From Planctomycetota bacterium (GTDB lineage Bacteria > Planctomycetota > MHYJ01 > WSZJ01), in NCBI GenBank assembly GCA_038060895.1, contig JBBTCT010000016.1, forward strand, positions 36,020 to 100,019: DNA of 64,000 nucleotides, in the 5' to 3' direction. Positions 1 through 8,782 of this stretch are shown one piece after another. The position numbers and the translations under genes were made by a program. Position 1 is the stretch's first letter, and every line of letters begins with the position of its first letter. The notes beneath the pieces were generated by a model. The model was not told the origin of the DNA. It made no database searches and saw only the letters and a program-made list of their open reading frames with translations.

Positions 1-254
1 GGAATCTTCACGTGCCCCTGCCGGATTCGATTTACGCCGGTCTGCGCCAGGAGTCACAGCGCCGCGGGCGCCCCGCGACCGAAGTTGCGCGCGAAGCGAT
101 ATCCCTCTGGCTCAAGGCGATGCGAAAAGCCGCCGTTCGAAAGGAACTTGCGGCTTGGATCCGTGAATTTGCCGGCACGGAGCATGATCTCGATCCGGCG
201 CTTGAACGGGCGGGGATCGAAGAGATGTTGCGCCTTGGCGAGGATGAGAAGTGA
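1..254 (+). CDS. Ribbon-helix-helix (CopG-like) antitoxin, probably 5'-partial
   Basis: Frame is open to the window edge (NLHVPLPDSIYAGLRQESQRRGRPATEVAREAI is an RHH pattern). Acidic C-terminus. Stop overlaps the toxin start (GTGA). Confidence 0.75.
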   Translation, partial: NLHVPLPDSIYAGLRQESQRRGRPATEVAREAISLWLKAMRKAAVRKELAAWIREFAGTEHDLDPALERAGIEEMLRLGEDEK

Positions 255-598
255 AGCGCGGCGAGGTTTACATGGCGACGCTCGAGCCGCGTTCAGGATC
301 AGAGCAGCGGGGGACGCGGCCTGTGTTGCTGGTAACGAGCGACCAGTTCAATTCGGTCGAGGCATGGAATTCGTTGATCGTTGTGCCGCTCTCGACATCG
401 ACGAAGAACCTGTGGCGCGGGCCGTGCTGCGTTGCGGTCAGCGCCGGGGCGGCCGGACTGCGGAAAGACAGTTTTGTTCTGTGTCATCAAGTGACCACCC
501 TTGACCGCGCCAAGATTGGCAAGCATCTGGGCAGTCTGCCCGTGGCGGCCCTTGAAGAAGTCGCTGAAGGACTTCGAATCGCGCTGGGGATTGATTGA
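251..598 (+). CDS. mazF: PemK/MazF family endoribonuclease toxin
   Basis: MKRGEVY, GSEQRGTRPVLLV, VVPLST and CHQVTTLD are canonical PemK/MazF motifs. Confidence 0.93.
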   Translation: MKRGEVYMATLEPRSGSEQRGTRPVLLVTSDQFNSVEAWNSLIVVPLSTSTKNLWRGPCCVAVSAGAAGLRKDSFVLCHQVTTLDRAKIGKHLGSLPVAALEEVAEGLRIALGID

Positions 599-646
599 GG
601 ATTCAACGAAGGAGATTGCGCTCGCGCGAATCGATCCAGCTCCGAG

Positions 647-1897
647 CTACGGTTTCCGTTCCCCGGAATACCTGATCCGCACCGTCTCCCTCGGAAAGAA
701 CAGGTCGAGCGTCCAGTCGAGCATCACCCGGAGCTTGTTCCTCAGGCCCGGTAGTTTGAACAGGTACGTGGTCCTCCAGAGCCACCACGCGGGGAAACCC
801 CAGAAGCGCATCCCGAAAAACTCGGAGACGGCGTAGCGCCGGCCGAGGGACACGAGGCGGCCGAGGCGCCGGAAGCGAAACTTGCGCAGCGGGCGGCCGC
901 GGAGCCCGGCGATGAGGTTGCCTGCGACGACTTTCGCTTCTTGCCACGCAACCTGGCCTTCGGGGCCGAGCGTTTTGCCGTCCTGGGTGAACGACGCGCA
1001 GTCGCCGAGCGCAAAGACATCCGGATGGCCCTTGAGCCGGAGATTCTCGTCGAGTTCCAGCCGGCCGCCCTTGTCTTTCGGCGCGTCAAGCGCGGCGACG
1101 ACCGGATTGGGCGCGAGGCCTGCCGTCCACGCCAGCGTGTGGCAGGAAATCGACGAACCGTCGTTCAGGGAGATTGCGGCGCCGTCGAATGCCGCGATGC
1201 GCGTCTTCAGGCGCAGTTCGATCTTCTTGCGCTTCATCCGCTTCTCGGCGTACGCCGAGAGCGACTCGTCCAGCGAGCCGAGCACGCGCTCGCTCCCCTC
1301 GACAATCATCATCTTCACTTCGTCGCGCCCGATGTCCGGGTACTGGTGCCGCACGATTTCGTCGAGGAAGTCGCTCACGTCGCACGCGAGCTCCACGCCC
1401 GTCGGTCCGGCGCCCGCGATCGCGAACGTCAGGTGGGCGGTTCGGTCCGGACCCTTCGGCATGCGCGACGCCTCTTCCAGGCAGTCGATCACGCGGTTGC
1501 GGTAGGCGATCGCCTCCGGCAGGGTCCGCATGAACCACGCGTTCTGGGCGACCCCCGGGAGGTTGAACGTCCCCGTCACGCTTCCCAGCGCGATCACGAG
1601 CAGGTCGTACGCCACCGGACCCACCGTCGTCTCCACCGTTTTCGCCGCCAGGTCGATCCGCGTCACCGCCGCTTCCACCACCTTCGCCCGGCCGGCGAGC
1701 ATTTCGCGAAGCGGCGACGTCGCGTGGCGGACCTCCATGGCGCCGCCGACGATCTCGGTGCAGAACGGCGTGAAGAACAGGTAGTTGTCGCGCGCGACGA
1801 GCGTGATGTCCGCCTCGTCCTTGCGAACCATCCCTGCGGCCCTGCGCGCGACGAAGGCGCCGCCGAAGCCGCCGCCCAGCACGACGACGCGCTTCAC
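647..1897 (-). CDS. Type II NADH dehydrogenase-like NAD(P)/FAD-dependent oxidoreductase
   Basis: VVVLGGGFGG FAD motif, GAGPTGVE NAD motif, VFALGDC, C-terminal W-rich amphipathic helices. GTG start at 1897 overlaps the upstream stop. Confidence 0.9.
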   Translation of the reverse strand: MKRVVVLGGGFGGAFVARRAAGMVRKDEADITLVARDNYLFFTPFCTEIVGGAMEVRHATSPLREMLAGRAKVVEAAVTRIDLAAKTVETTVGPVAYDLLVIALGSVTGTFNLPGVAQNAWFMRTLPEAIAYRNRVIDCLEEASRMPKGPDRTAHLTFAIAGAGPTGVELACDVSDFLDEIVRHQYPDIGRDEVKMMIVEGSERVLGSLDESLSAYAEKRMKRKKIELRLKTRIAAFDGAAISLNDGSSISCHTLAWTAGLAPNPVVAALDAPKDKGGRLELDENLRLKGHPDVFALGDCASFTQDGKTLGPEGQVAWQEAKVVAGNLIAGLRGRPLRKFRFRRLGRLVSLGRRYAVSEFFGMRFWGFPAWWLWRTTYLFKLPGLRNKLRVMLDWTLDLFFPRETVRIRYSGERKP

Positions 1898-2934
1898 TTT
1901 TTCTTCGGCCGGCGCGCGACCTTGCGCTCGCCGACGAGAAACTGCGACATGAGGTGGGGCGGGGCGTGAAGGACTGGCTCGGAGAATCCGGTCTTCGTGA
2001 ACATGCGCGTGTATTCGCTGAACGAGTACGTCCGGCCCTCGCGCGTCCACGCCAGCATGACGGCCGCGAACATCGCCGCATGCGCATTCGATACCCCGTC
2101 CTCGGCCGCAACGAACTCGTGCACGAGCAGCCGGCCTCCCGGAACGAGCGCGAGCGCGAATCGCTTCAGGAGCGTCTCGCAGGTGCCCGGTGAGAAATGG
2201 TGCAGGACGTGGGAAGCGATGATGGCGTCGTAAGGGCCGCCCAGGTCCGTCCGGAACATGTCGCCGCCGACGCAGGTCACGCGCTTCGACAGCCCGAGCT
2301 CCCGCGCGCGCTTCTTCACGGACGGCACCACATGCGCGCCGTCGAGCAGGGTGACGTGCGCGCCCGGGCAGTGGCCGGCGACGGTCAACCCGTAGAGGCC
2401 GGATCCGCAGGCGACGTCGAGGACCTTTGAGGGGGCGCGGTCCTCGAGGAAGCGCTTGAGAAGCGACTCCGAGTACCCGGCGGCCGGGGCGGCGAAGGCG
2501 TCGGAATTGTCGGCGAACGTCTCCCAGAAGCGCTGGCCCGGTGTCTCTGCGTGGAAGGGAAGGACGGTTCCGCCGTGCCGGACGGCCTGGGCGAAGCGGC
2601 CGAAGGCGTCCCAGAGTGCGGGGTCGCAGAGGATGCGCGCGGCGCCGCCGACATATCCCGGGCGGCCCGGGACCAGAAACTGCGCCGCATCGAGCGAAAG
2701 TCGATAGCGGCGACTTTCCTTGTGAAGGAGGCCGGTCGAGGCGAGGGCGTCGCAGAGGATGGCGGCGGACCGTTCGGGGCAGCGGACGGCCGCGGCGACC
2801 TGCGCCGCAGCGCGGGGTCCCTTGGCAAGGGCGCCGAAAACACCGAGCTGGATCGCCGCGTTGAGGACGCCGCTGGCGTGGAATCCCTGAAGCAGGTTGA
2901 AGATCGGGGCGGGGGACGGCGCGGTGGGGGGCAT
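1894..2934 (-). CDS. SAM-dependent O-methyltransferase (dimerisation domain plus Methyltransf_2-like domain)
   Basis: N-terminal AAIQLGVF winged helix, VLDVACGSG motif I, GGDMF, SHVLHHF, LVPGGRLLVHE, EGRTYS. Confidence 0.9.
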   Translation of the reverse strand: MPPTAPSPAPIFNLLQGFHASGVLNAAIQLGVFGALAKGPRAAAQVAAAVRCPERSAAILCDALASTGLLHKESRRYRLSLDAAQFLVPGRPGYVGGAARILCDPALWDAFGRFAQAVRHGGTVLPFHAETPGQRFWETFADNSDAFAAPAAGYSESLLKRFLEDRAPSKVLDVACGSGLYGLTVAGHCPGAHVTLLDGAHVVPSVKKRARELGLSKRVTCVGGDMFRTDLGGPYDAIIASHVLHHFSPGTCETLLKRFALALVPGGRLLVHEFVAAEDGVSNAHAAMFAAVMLAWTREGRTYSFSEYTRMFTKTGFSEPVLHAPPHLMSQFLVGERKVARRPKKK

Positions 2935-2945
2935 GGGTGGGGACA

Positions 2946-3008
2946 GTGAAAGGCAAAAGCAGGAAACGAAAAACAAAAAACGAAAAACGAAAAACGAAAA
3001 GTGAAATG
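2946..3008. repeat. Imperfect heptamer tandem repeat (CGAAAAA)n, about 9 units
   Basis: gtgaaag gcaaaag caggaaa cgaaaaa caaaaaa cgaaaaa cgaaaaa cgaaaag tgaaatg, in a divergent intergenic region. Confidence 0.85.
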
Positions 3009-3084
3009 CGGCGAAATGAGGCATGATCCCCGCCTGTCCGTCGCCGTTCGCGTCGCACTGGCCCTTCACCCGGAGATCCGCTTC

Positions 3085-3489
3085 ATGCCCCTCACCGACC
3101 AGGAAAAGAACTTCGCCTTCTCCCACCTCATCGCCGCCGCCACCGGCTACAGCCTCGAGCACCCCGGACAGTCCGTGCTGGCCGCCAACAAGGACGGCAA
3201 GCGCGCCCTCCTCCGCTGGGCGAAGGACGCAAAGGCCACGCTCGAAATGCAGCGCGCCCAGGTCAAGGCCGCACAGGAACTCCTCGTCGCCATCGGCGAC
3301 CCAACCGGCGTGCTCTACGAGGTGTTTCGAGTGAAGCGCGACGACATTCTTCGCTTCCGGAAAGACGGCTCCCGTCCGGCGCTCATGACGCTGAGCCTGC
3401 GCGACGCGGCCGAAGCGCTCGAAATGGTGACGCCGCTTCAGGTGACGGGAAGGCAGTTGGAGCAGGCGTGGGACAGGCTGAAAAAATAG
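3085..3489 (+). CDS. Hypothetical protein
   Basis: ORF with strong GC3 codon bias. Start could be 3016 or 3085. No recognised motif. Confidence 0.65.
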   Translation: MPLTDQEKNFAFSHLIAAATGYSLEHPGQSVLAANKDGKRALLRWAKDAKATLEMQRAQVKAAQELLVAIGDPTGVLYEVFRVKRDDILRFRKDGSRPALMTLSLRDAAEALEMVTPLQVTGRQLEQAWDRLKK

Positions 3490-3493
3490 CGGC

Positions 3494-4177
3494 CTACTTC
3501 CGCTGGATTGCCTTCGATTCCACCTCCCACCACAAGTACATCAGCCCCTCCCGCTTCACCCGTCCGCGGAATCCCTCCGCCCCGCCCGACTCCGTCGCGG
3601 CTGTCGGCGCCCATTCGGCCGCTTCCCGGAAGATCGCGTCGTCCGCGGGGGGCGACGGGAACCACAGTTCGACCCAGTCGTCGCCGCAGCCGGCGATTTC
3701 GACGGGTGTTGAAGAGCGCCACGCGCGGACGCGGCCGGAGATGACGTCCCCGTTGCGGGTCCCCATGAAGCGGAGGGCCTCGATCGAGTCCTTCGCGTCG
3801 ATGGCGACGATGCAGGCGGGGACTCCCGCGGCGATGTTGTCCTCGACCATGAACGCGGCCGCGCGTCCTGCGAGGCGTTCGCGGAGCCGGGCGAGGGTGG
3901 CATAGGCCGTCGCTCCATCCGGCATGATGGCAAGCCCCGTGCGCTTGCGCGTCCCCTCGAACACGGATGGCTCGCCGCCCTCGTCGCGAAGCGCCTGCAT
4001 GTCCTCCCGCGACAATCCCGTCTCCTTGATGTCGAGCGGGTCGAGCGTCTCTCCCGCGGGTATCGCGTCCATTCCCTCGCGGTAGGAGCGCAGCAGGAGG
4101 GCCAGCAGGAACACCAGCCCGCCGGCCGCGGCGATGATGGGGAGGAAATCGGGGAGGTTTGCGTTAAACAAGGGCAT
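3494..4177 (-). CDS. Membrane-anchored DUF4253-like protein
   Basis: N-terminal TM helix. C-terminal DWVELWFPSPP...LYLWWE resembles DUF4253. Confidence 0.65.
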   Translation of the reverse strand: MPLFNANLPDFLPIIAAAGGLVFLLALLLRSYREGMDAIPAGETLDPLDIKETGLSREDMQALRDEGGEPSVFEGTRKRTGLAIMPDGATAYATLARLRERLAGRAAAFMVEDNIAAGVPACIVAIDAKDSIEALRFMGTRNGDVISGRVRAWRSSTPVEIAGCGDDWVELWFPSPPADDAIFREAAEWAPTAATESGGAEGFRGRVKREGLMYLWWEVESKAIQRK

Positions 4178-4196
4178 CTCGTCGCGTTCGACGTTC

Positions 4197-5903
4197 CTAA
4201 ACCGTGGCGAGTTCCTCCAGAACGTTTTCGATCGCAGGCCGGATTGTCCTCTCGCTCAGGTCGAACTCCGCTCCCGCCGTCCGGAACAGCTCCGGCAATC
4301 CTTTCGTCCCACCGAGCTTGAGCGCCGCCTGGTACTGCTTCACGGCGTTCGCCGAATCCCGCTTCTTGTTCGCCCAGACCTGCAGGGCCCCCAGCTGCGC
4401 GATGCCATATTCGATGTAGTAGAACGGGCTCGTGAAGAGGTGCAGCTGCCGCTGCCAGGTGCAATCTGAAATGTCCTCGTAACCGCTCATGTCCTCGATT
4501 CCGCCGAACCGCCGGCGCAGCCCCCTCCACTGCGCCGTCCGTTCTTCGCGCGTGTGCTCCGGGTGCGTGTAGACCCAGTGCTGGAAGGCGTCGATCGTGG
4601 CCACCCAGGGGAACAGGTTCAGGATTCCCTCCAGCTCCTTCCGCTTCGCGCGCTTCACGTCATCCTGCGCGTAGAACACGTCGAGGTGCTCGAACGCGAG
4701 GAGTTCCATGGCCATCGAAGCGACCTCGTTGAACTCCATCGGCGCGTGCCGGTATCGCAGGATCGGTTCTTCCTTCGCCAGCAGCGCGTGGAACGCGTGG
4801 CCGCCTTCGTGCAGGAATGTGAAGACGTCATGGTTCATGCCGGCGGCATTCATGAAGATGAACGGCTTGCGGATTTCGTGAAGGGTGGCCTGGTAACCGC
4901 CGGGCGCCTTGCCCTTGCGGCTCTCGAGGTCGAGGTTTCCGGACTCGCGAAGCGTGTCGATCATCTTCGAGAAGATCGGGTCGACGCGCCGGAACATCTC
5001 GCGGCATCCGTCGAACAGCTGCTCGCTCTTCTCGAACGGCTTTAGCGGCGGCTTGTCGTGGATGTCCACCGACAGGTCCCACGGCCGAAGCGTGTCGACT
5101 TTCAGCGCCTTGCGGCGTTCCTCCTGCATCCTGCGGACCTGCGGCACGACAAGCTTCTCGACGGCGTCGTGGAACTTCGTGCAGTCGGCGGGCGTGTAGT
5201 CCCAGCGCTCCTTCGAGCGGAACACGAGGTCGCGGAAGTTCTCAAAACCCGCGTTCTTCGCCATTTTGTGCCGGAGCGGAACCATTTTCTCGTAGACGGC
5301 GTCCAACGCGTCGCGGTCCTGGAACCGGCGTCGTGCCGTCAGCTCCCATGCTTTCTGGCGCACCGCGCGGTCGCGGTTTTCCAGGAAAGGGCCCATCTGC
5401 TGGAGCGTCAGCTCCTGCCCCTCCCACGTGACCATCATCGCGCCCATGAGCTTCTGGTATTCGTTCGACAGCCGCGTGTCCTCGACCCCGAGCGGGATGT
5501 TCTCTTCGCGGAACAGCGCGACCTGGTTTTCGTAGGAGCGCAGCAGGAGCCCCCACCGTTCCTGGTCCAGCGCCGGTCGCTTGGAATGCTCGAGAAGCAC
5601 GCGCTCCAGCTTCTGCCAGCGCGGCTGGCACTTCGGCATGATGTTCTCGGCGTATTCGAGAAACGCCTGCACCTTCTCGGAATTGTCGGTGGCGCCGGTC
5701 TTGTCGATGTAGCGCCTCGTGTACTCCTCGGCGACGGCGGCCTGCAGCTCGCTGCACTGCACGAGCCAGGCGGGGAGATCGACCTCCGGCAACTGGGCGA
5801 TCCGCTCGAGGTTGTCGAACTGCGCCGAGATGGCGTCCCAGTCGGTCGGCGCAAACTTCTTCGACAGGTAGCGGCGCGTCGTTGCGCCGGCGGTGGGACT
5901 CAT
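4197..5903 (-). CDS. pepF: M3B family oligoendopeptidase F
   Basis: HEGGH zinc motif, RKGKAPGGY, EVASMAME, HLFTSPFYYIEY. Confidence 0.93.
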   Translation of the reverse strand: MSPTAGATTRRYLSKKFAPTDWDAISAQFDNLERIAQLPEVDLPAWLVQCSELQAAVAEEYTRRYIDKTGATDNSEKVQAFLEYAENIMPKCQPRWQKLERVLLEHSKRPALDQERWGLLLRSYENQVALFREENIPLGVEDTRLSNEYQKLMGAMMVTWEGQELTLQQMGPFLENRDRAVRQKAWELTARRRFQDRDALDAVYEKMVPLRHKMAKNAGFENFRDLVFRSKERWDYTPADCTKFHDAVEKLVVPQVRRMQEERRKALKVDTLRPWDLSVDIHDKPPLKPFEKSEQLFDGCREMFRRVDPIFSKMIDTLRESGNLDLESRKGKAPGGYQATLHEIRKPFIFMNAAGMNHDVFTFLHEGGHAFHALLAKEEPILRYRHAPMEFNEVASMAMELLAFEHLDVFYAQDDVKRAKRKELEGILNLFPWVATIDAFQHWVYTHPEHTREERTAQWRGLRRRFGGIEDMSGYEDISDCTWQRQLHLFTSPFYYIEYGIAQLGALQVWANKKRDSANAVKQYQAALKLGGTKGLPELFRTAGAEFDLSERTIRPAIENVLEELATV

Positions 5904-5995
5904 GGTGGCGTTCCCTTCGATGGAATTGAGCGCGGGAGGATAATGCGGCACCGGAAGGGTATCAAGCCGCGAGCGCGGGAGGGTAATATCCCCGA

Positions 5996-6403
5996 ATGCC
6001 GTCCTGGCTCTTCAAGTCCGACCCCGACACCTACTCGCTCGACGACCTCGAGCGCGAGAGCCGCGCGACGTGGGACGGCGTCGCCAACAACACCGCGCTC
6101 ATCCACCTGCGGAAGACGGCACCGGGCGACGAGGTCCTCATCTACCACTCGGGCGACGAGAAGGCCGTGGTCGGCGTCGCCAAGGTCGTGAAGGGCGGCT
6201 ACCCGGACCCGAAGAAGAAGGACCCGAAGCTTGCGGTGTGCGACCTGGAGTTCGTGAAGCGGCTGCGCGCGCCGGTGGCGCTTTCGGTCCTGAAGGCGGA
6301 GAAAGGGCTCTCGCAATTCGACCTGATCCGGATCTCGCGGCTGTCCGTGATGCCCGTGTCGGCTTCGCATCGCGCGCTGCTCTCGAAGCTGGGCGTGCGC
6401 TAA
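5996..6403 (+). CDS. EVE domain protein
   Basis: WLFKSDP, WDGVAN, GDEVLIYHSG and RLSVMPV are EVE signatures. Confidence 0.92.
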   Translation: MPSWLFKSDPDTYSLDDLERESRATWDGVANNTALIHLRKTAPGDEVLIYHSGDEKAVVGVAKVVKGGYPDPKKKDPKLAVCDLEFVKRLRAPVALSVLKAEKGLSQFDLIRISRLSVMPVSASHRALLSKLGVR

Positions 6404-7269
6404 AGCTGGAAGGTCTCGCCCTCTTTCGCCACTTGAAATCCGCGAGCCCTCACCAGGCGTCCTTCGCGGCTCTCCGGGTTGTGTGCGGGATTGGTGTGGT
6501 TGAGGTGGATGAAGCGGACCTTCGCGCGTTCGCGCGCCGGCAACGCCGAGAGGCGCTCGATCGTCTCCGCAAGCGGCGGGTGGGGAATCTCTGCGGCCGG
6601 GCGGAATGGGAGTTCGTCGAGGCTGAAGAAGGTCGCGTCGAGCCACGCAGCGTCCACCGCGGCGATCGCGTCCTCGAGGGGGGTGTTCCAGAGTTCCCAT
6701 CGGTCGATGTCGGGGAGCCAGAGGACGGACCGGCGCGGCCCGGCGACGCGAAAGGCGACGGTTTCGGTGTACTCGGCGCGGTGCGGGACGGAGAGGGGAG
6801 TGATGGAGAGCGACGGGGCCAGCAGCACGGCGCGGTGATCGCGAAGCGGCCGGATGTCGATGTTTTTATTTCGAACGAGCTGCTCCCACGGGGCATTGCC
6901 GCGAAGCAGCGCTGCCATCTTGCCCATCGCATGCACGTCGACGCCGCGTGCGTTCATGGCCTCCCGGCCAAGCTGAAGCAGCCCGGCATAGTGGCCCATG
7001 TGCCCGTGCGTCAGGAAAACGCCCTCCAGCGATCCGGGGAACCGTCGATCCAGGAAGGCCAGCTGGGAACCGAAGTCGGGCGTTGCGTCGATCAGCCAGC
7101 GCTTCCCGGATTCCACCACAGCGGCGCAAGCCGCCCGGCGGCTCAGCTTCGGGTCGTGACGCACCCGCGCGCAGCACGCGCGCCGGCAACCGGCCTGCGG
7201 CAGGCCCGCGTCCTGGGCCATTCCGAGGACGACAAACCGGGGCTTCACGATCCGGGGGCTGGGGCGCAT
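6400..7269 (-). CDS. Metallo-beta-lactamase-fold hydrolase (PqqB/PhnP-like)
   Basis: LGMAQDAGLPQAGC, LIDATPD, LTHGHMGHY, PHRAEY, HLNHTNP. Confidence 0.88.
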   Translation of the reverse strand: MRPSPRIVKPRFVVLGMAQDAGLPQAGCRRACCARVRHDPKLSRRAACAAVVESGKRWLIDATPDFGSQLAFLDRRFPGSLEGVFLTHGHMGHYAGLLQLGREAMNARGVDVHAMGKMAALLRGNAPWEQLVRNKNIDIRPLRDHRAVLLAPSLSITPLSVPHRAEYTETVAFRVAGPRRSVLWLPDIDRWELWNTPLEDAIAAVDAAWLDATFFSLDELPFRPAAEIPHPPLAETIERLSALPARERAKVRFIHLNHTNPAHNPESREGRLVRARGFQVAKEGETFQL

Positions 7270-7292
7270 GTTCGCCCGGATTGTGACCGGGC

Positions 7293-8171
7293 TTACCGTG
7301 CGCTATCCATGATTCGCTGCTTCCAGTTTTCTTCCGCTTCAGGCGCCCGTTCCTCCGTGACCCCGTCCGGCACGCCGATGCGGGCGACGAGCGCCGGCCA
7401 CGCGGCCTCCGAGATTCCTGGATCGCGGTCGTGCGCGAGGTGCCAGAGCGTCAGCGCCGAGCCGCCACTCCTGCAGGCGCGGATGACCGCAAGGGCCGCT
7501 TCCCGCCGGTCTTCCGGCCTCGCGCGGTCCAGGGCCTCGATGGCGGCGACGAGATCGCCGGGCGTGTCGTCCCAGCGCGGCGTGCCGGAACCGCGTGCGG
7601 GGAAAGCACGGCATGAAGCATCCGCGGGGACCCAGGTCTCACGTCCGCGGTCGGCGAAGGCGACCTGCCCGGAATCCACCCGGACGAGCGTGCTGCCGTC
7701 TGCTTCGACCGTGAGCGTGTAGTGACAGCCGAGATCAACGCAGGTCGTGGAGGGAGTTTCGACCTGGAAGAGCCTCGGCCGGGCGGCATAGGTGATTCGG
7801 GCGTCGATCGTGCCGCGCGTCAGCCGGAGGCGGATCTCGTCGGCGGACTGGCGAATGACGTCGACGACCGCTCCTTCGTGCGCGTTGACGCTTCCGTAGA
7901 TGCCCAGGTCGATCTCGCGCGCCGCGGTGAGCTGGACCGGATTTGGGAAGCGAACACGATGCGGAGTCTCGGCCGGCATCGCGAGGCGGACGGCAAAAAA
8001 CACCACTGCGGCCGTGGCGAGAACGGCGAGAAGAGCGCCCCATGCGGGGCTGACCGGCATGCGCGGCGGCGGACCGCTGTCCTCGGAGTGCGCCAGCGGC
8101 GCCAGGAGATTCTCGATCGCCTCGATCTCGGGGTCGCGCCCCGACTTGTCCCACAGGTAGTCGTCGTTCAT
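7293..8171 (-). CDS. FecR-domain anti-sigma factor
   Basis: N-terminal DYLWDKSG, one TM helix, FQVETP...VDLGC...VRVDSGQV FecR-type strands. Coupled to the upstream sigma factor by an ATGA overlap. Confidence 0.85.
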   Translation of the reverse strand: MNDDYLWDKSGRDPEIEAIENLLAPLAHSEDSGPPPRMPVSPAWGALLAVLATAAVVFFAVRLAMPAETPHRVRFPNPVQLTAAREIDLGIYGSVNAHEGAVVDVIRQSADEIRLRLTRGTIDARITYAARPRLFQVETPSTTCVDLGCHYTLTVEADGSTLVRVDSGQVAFADRGRETWVPADASCRAFPARGSGTPRWDDTPGDLVAAIEALDRARPEDRREAALAVIRACRSGGSALTLWHLAHDRDPGISEAAWPALVARIGVPDGVTEERAPEAEENWKQRIMDSAR

Positions 8172-8755
8172 GGCCAGCCTTCTTTCTTGAGCAGCTCACG
8201 GAGCAGGTCCATCCCACGGCACAGGTTCACGCGCACGGAGCCGCCGGTCAGTCCCGTCGCCTCCGCGATTTCCGGGCCCGTCAATCCCTCGATCAGCCGC
8301 ATCGCCAGCGTCTCGCGGTACGCTTCCGGCAACGATCTCAAGTGCGCCATCACGCGTTCGCGCAGCTCGCCGCGGTCCGCCGCCGCGCCCTCGACGCGCG
8401 CGCTTTCCTCGAAGAGCGGCTCTTCCTTGCCGCGCCGCGCGCGGGCCCGATGCCGGTCCGTCGCTACATTCCTCGCGATCGCATGAAGCCACGGTCCGAC
8501 CGCGCCCGGCTCGCGCAGCGACTCCAGCCGCTTCCAGGCCATCACGAACGTCTCCTGCAGGCCGTCGTCCGCATCCGCCGGCGGGAGACGGGAGAGGAGG
8601 ACGGCGTGCACGGACTTTGCGAAGCGCGCGTGCAGCGCCGTGAAGGCATCCGCGTCGCCGCGCTGCGCGCGCGTGACGAGGACTGCGATCTGTGCGTTCT
8701 CGGCCTGCGCCGCGGACTCGAGCGTTTCCGTCATCGTAAGGGATTCTACGAGCAT
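8168..8755 (-). CDS. ECF RNA polymerase sigma factor
   Basis: Region 2 (GDADAF, DADDGLQETF, WLHAIARN) and region 4 (LPEAYRE, EIAE, SVRVNLCRG). Confidence 0.93.
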   Translation of the reverse strand: MLVESLTMTETLESAAQAENAQIAVLVTRAQRGDADAFTALHARFAKSVHAVLLSRLPPADADDGLQETFVMAWKRLESLREPGAVGPWLHAIARNVATDRHRARARRGKEEPLFEESARVEGAAADRGELRERVMAHLRSLPEAYRETLAMRLIEGLTGPEIAEATGLTGGSVRVNLCRGMDLLRELLKKEGWP

Positions 8756-8782
8756 GGGGGTGGCGCTTCGGTTCGCTCCCGG

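Noticed and set aside
647-3058. 803-aa ORF as one fusion protein
   Set aside because: The N-terminal half is an Arg/Pro-rich alternative frame over the methyltransferase. The real NDH-2 starts at GTG 1897.
1-6403. MazF pair plus EVE protein as an anti-phage defence island
   Set aside because: They are separated by metabolic genes, and there are no nucleases, DNA methyltransferases or other defence genes to support clustering.
6400-7269. PQQ biosynthesis locus
   Set aside because: Only a PqqB-like MBL fold is present, with no pqqA, C, D or E nearby. The radical SAM at 14104 does not resemble PqqE in context.
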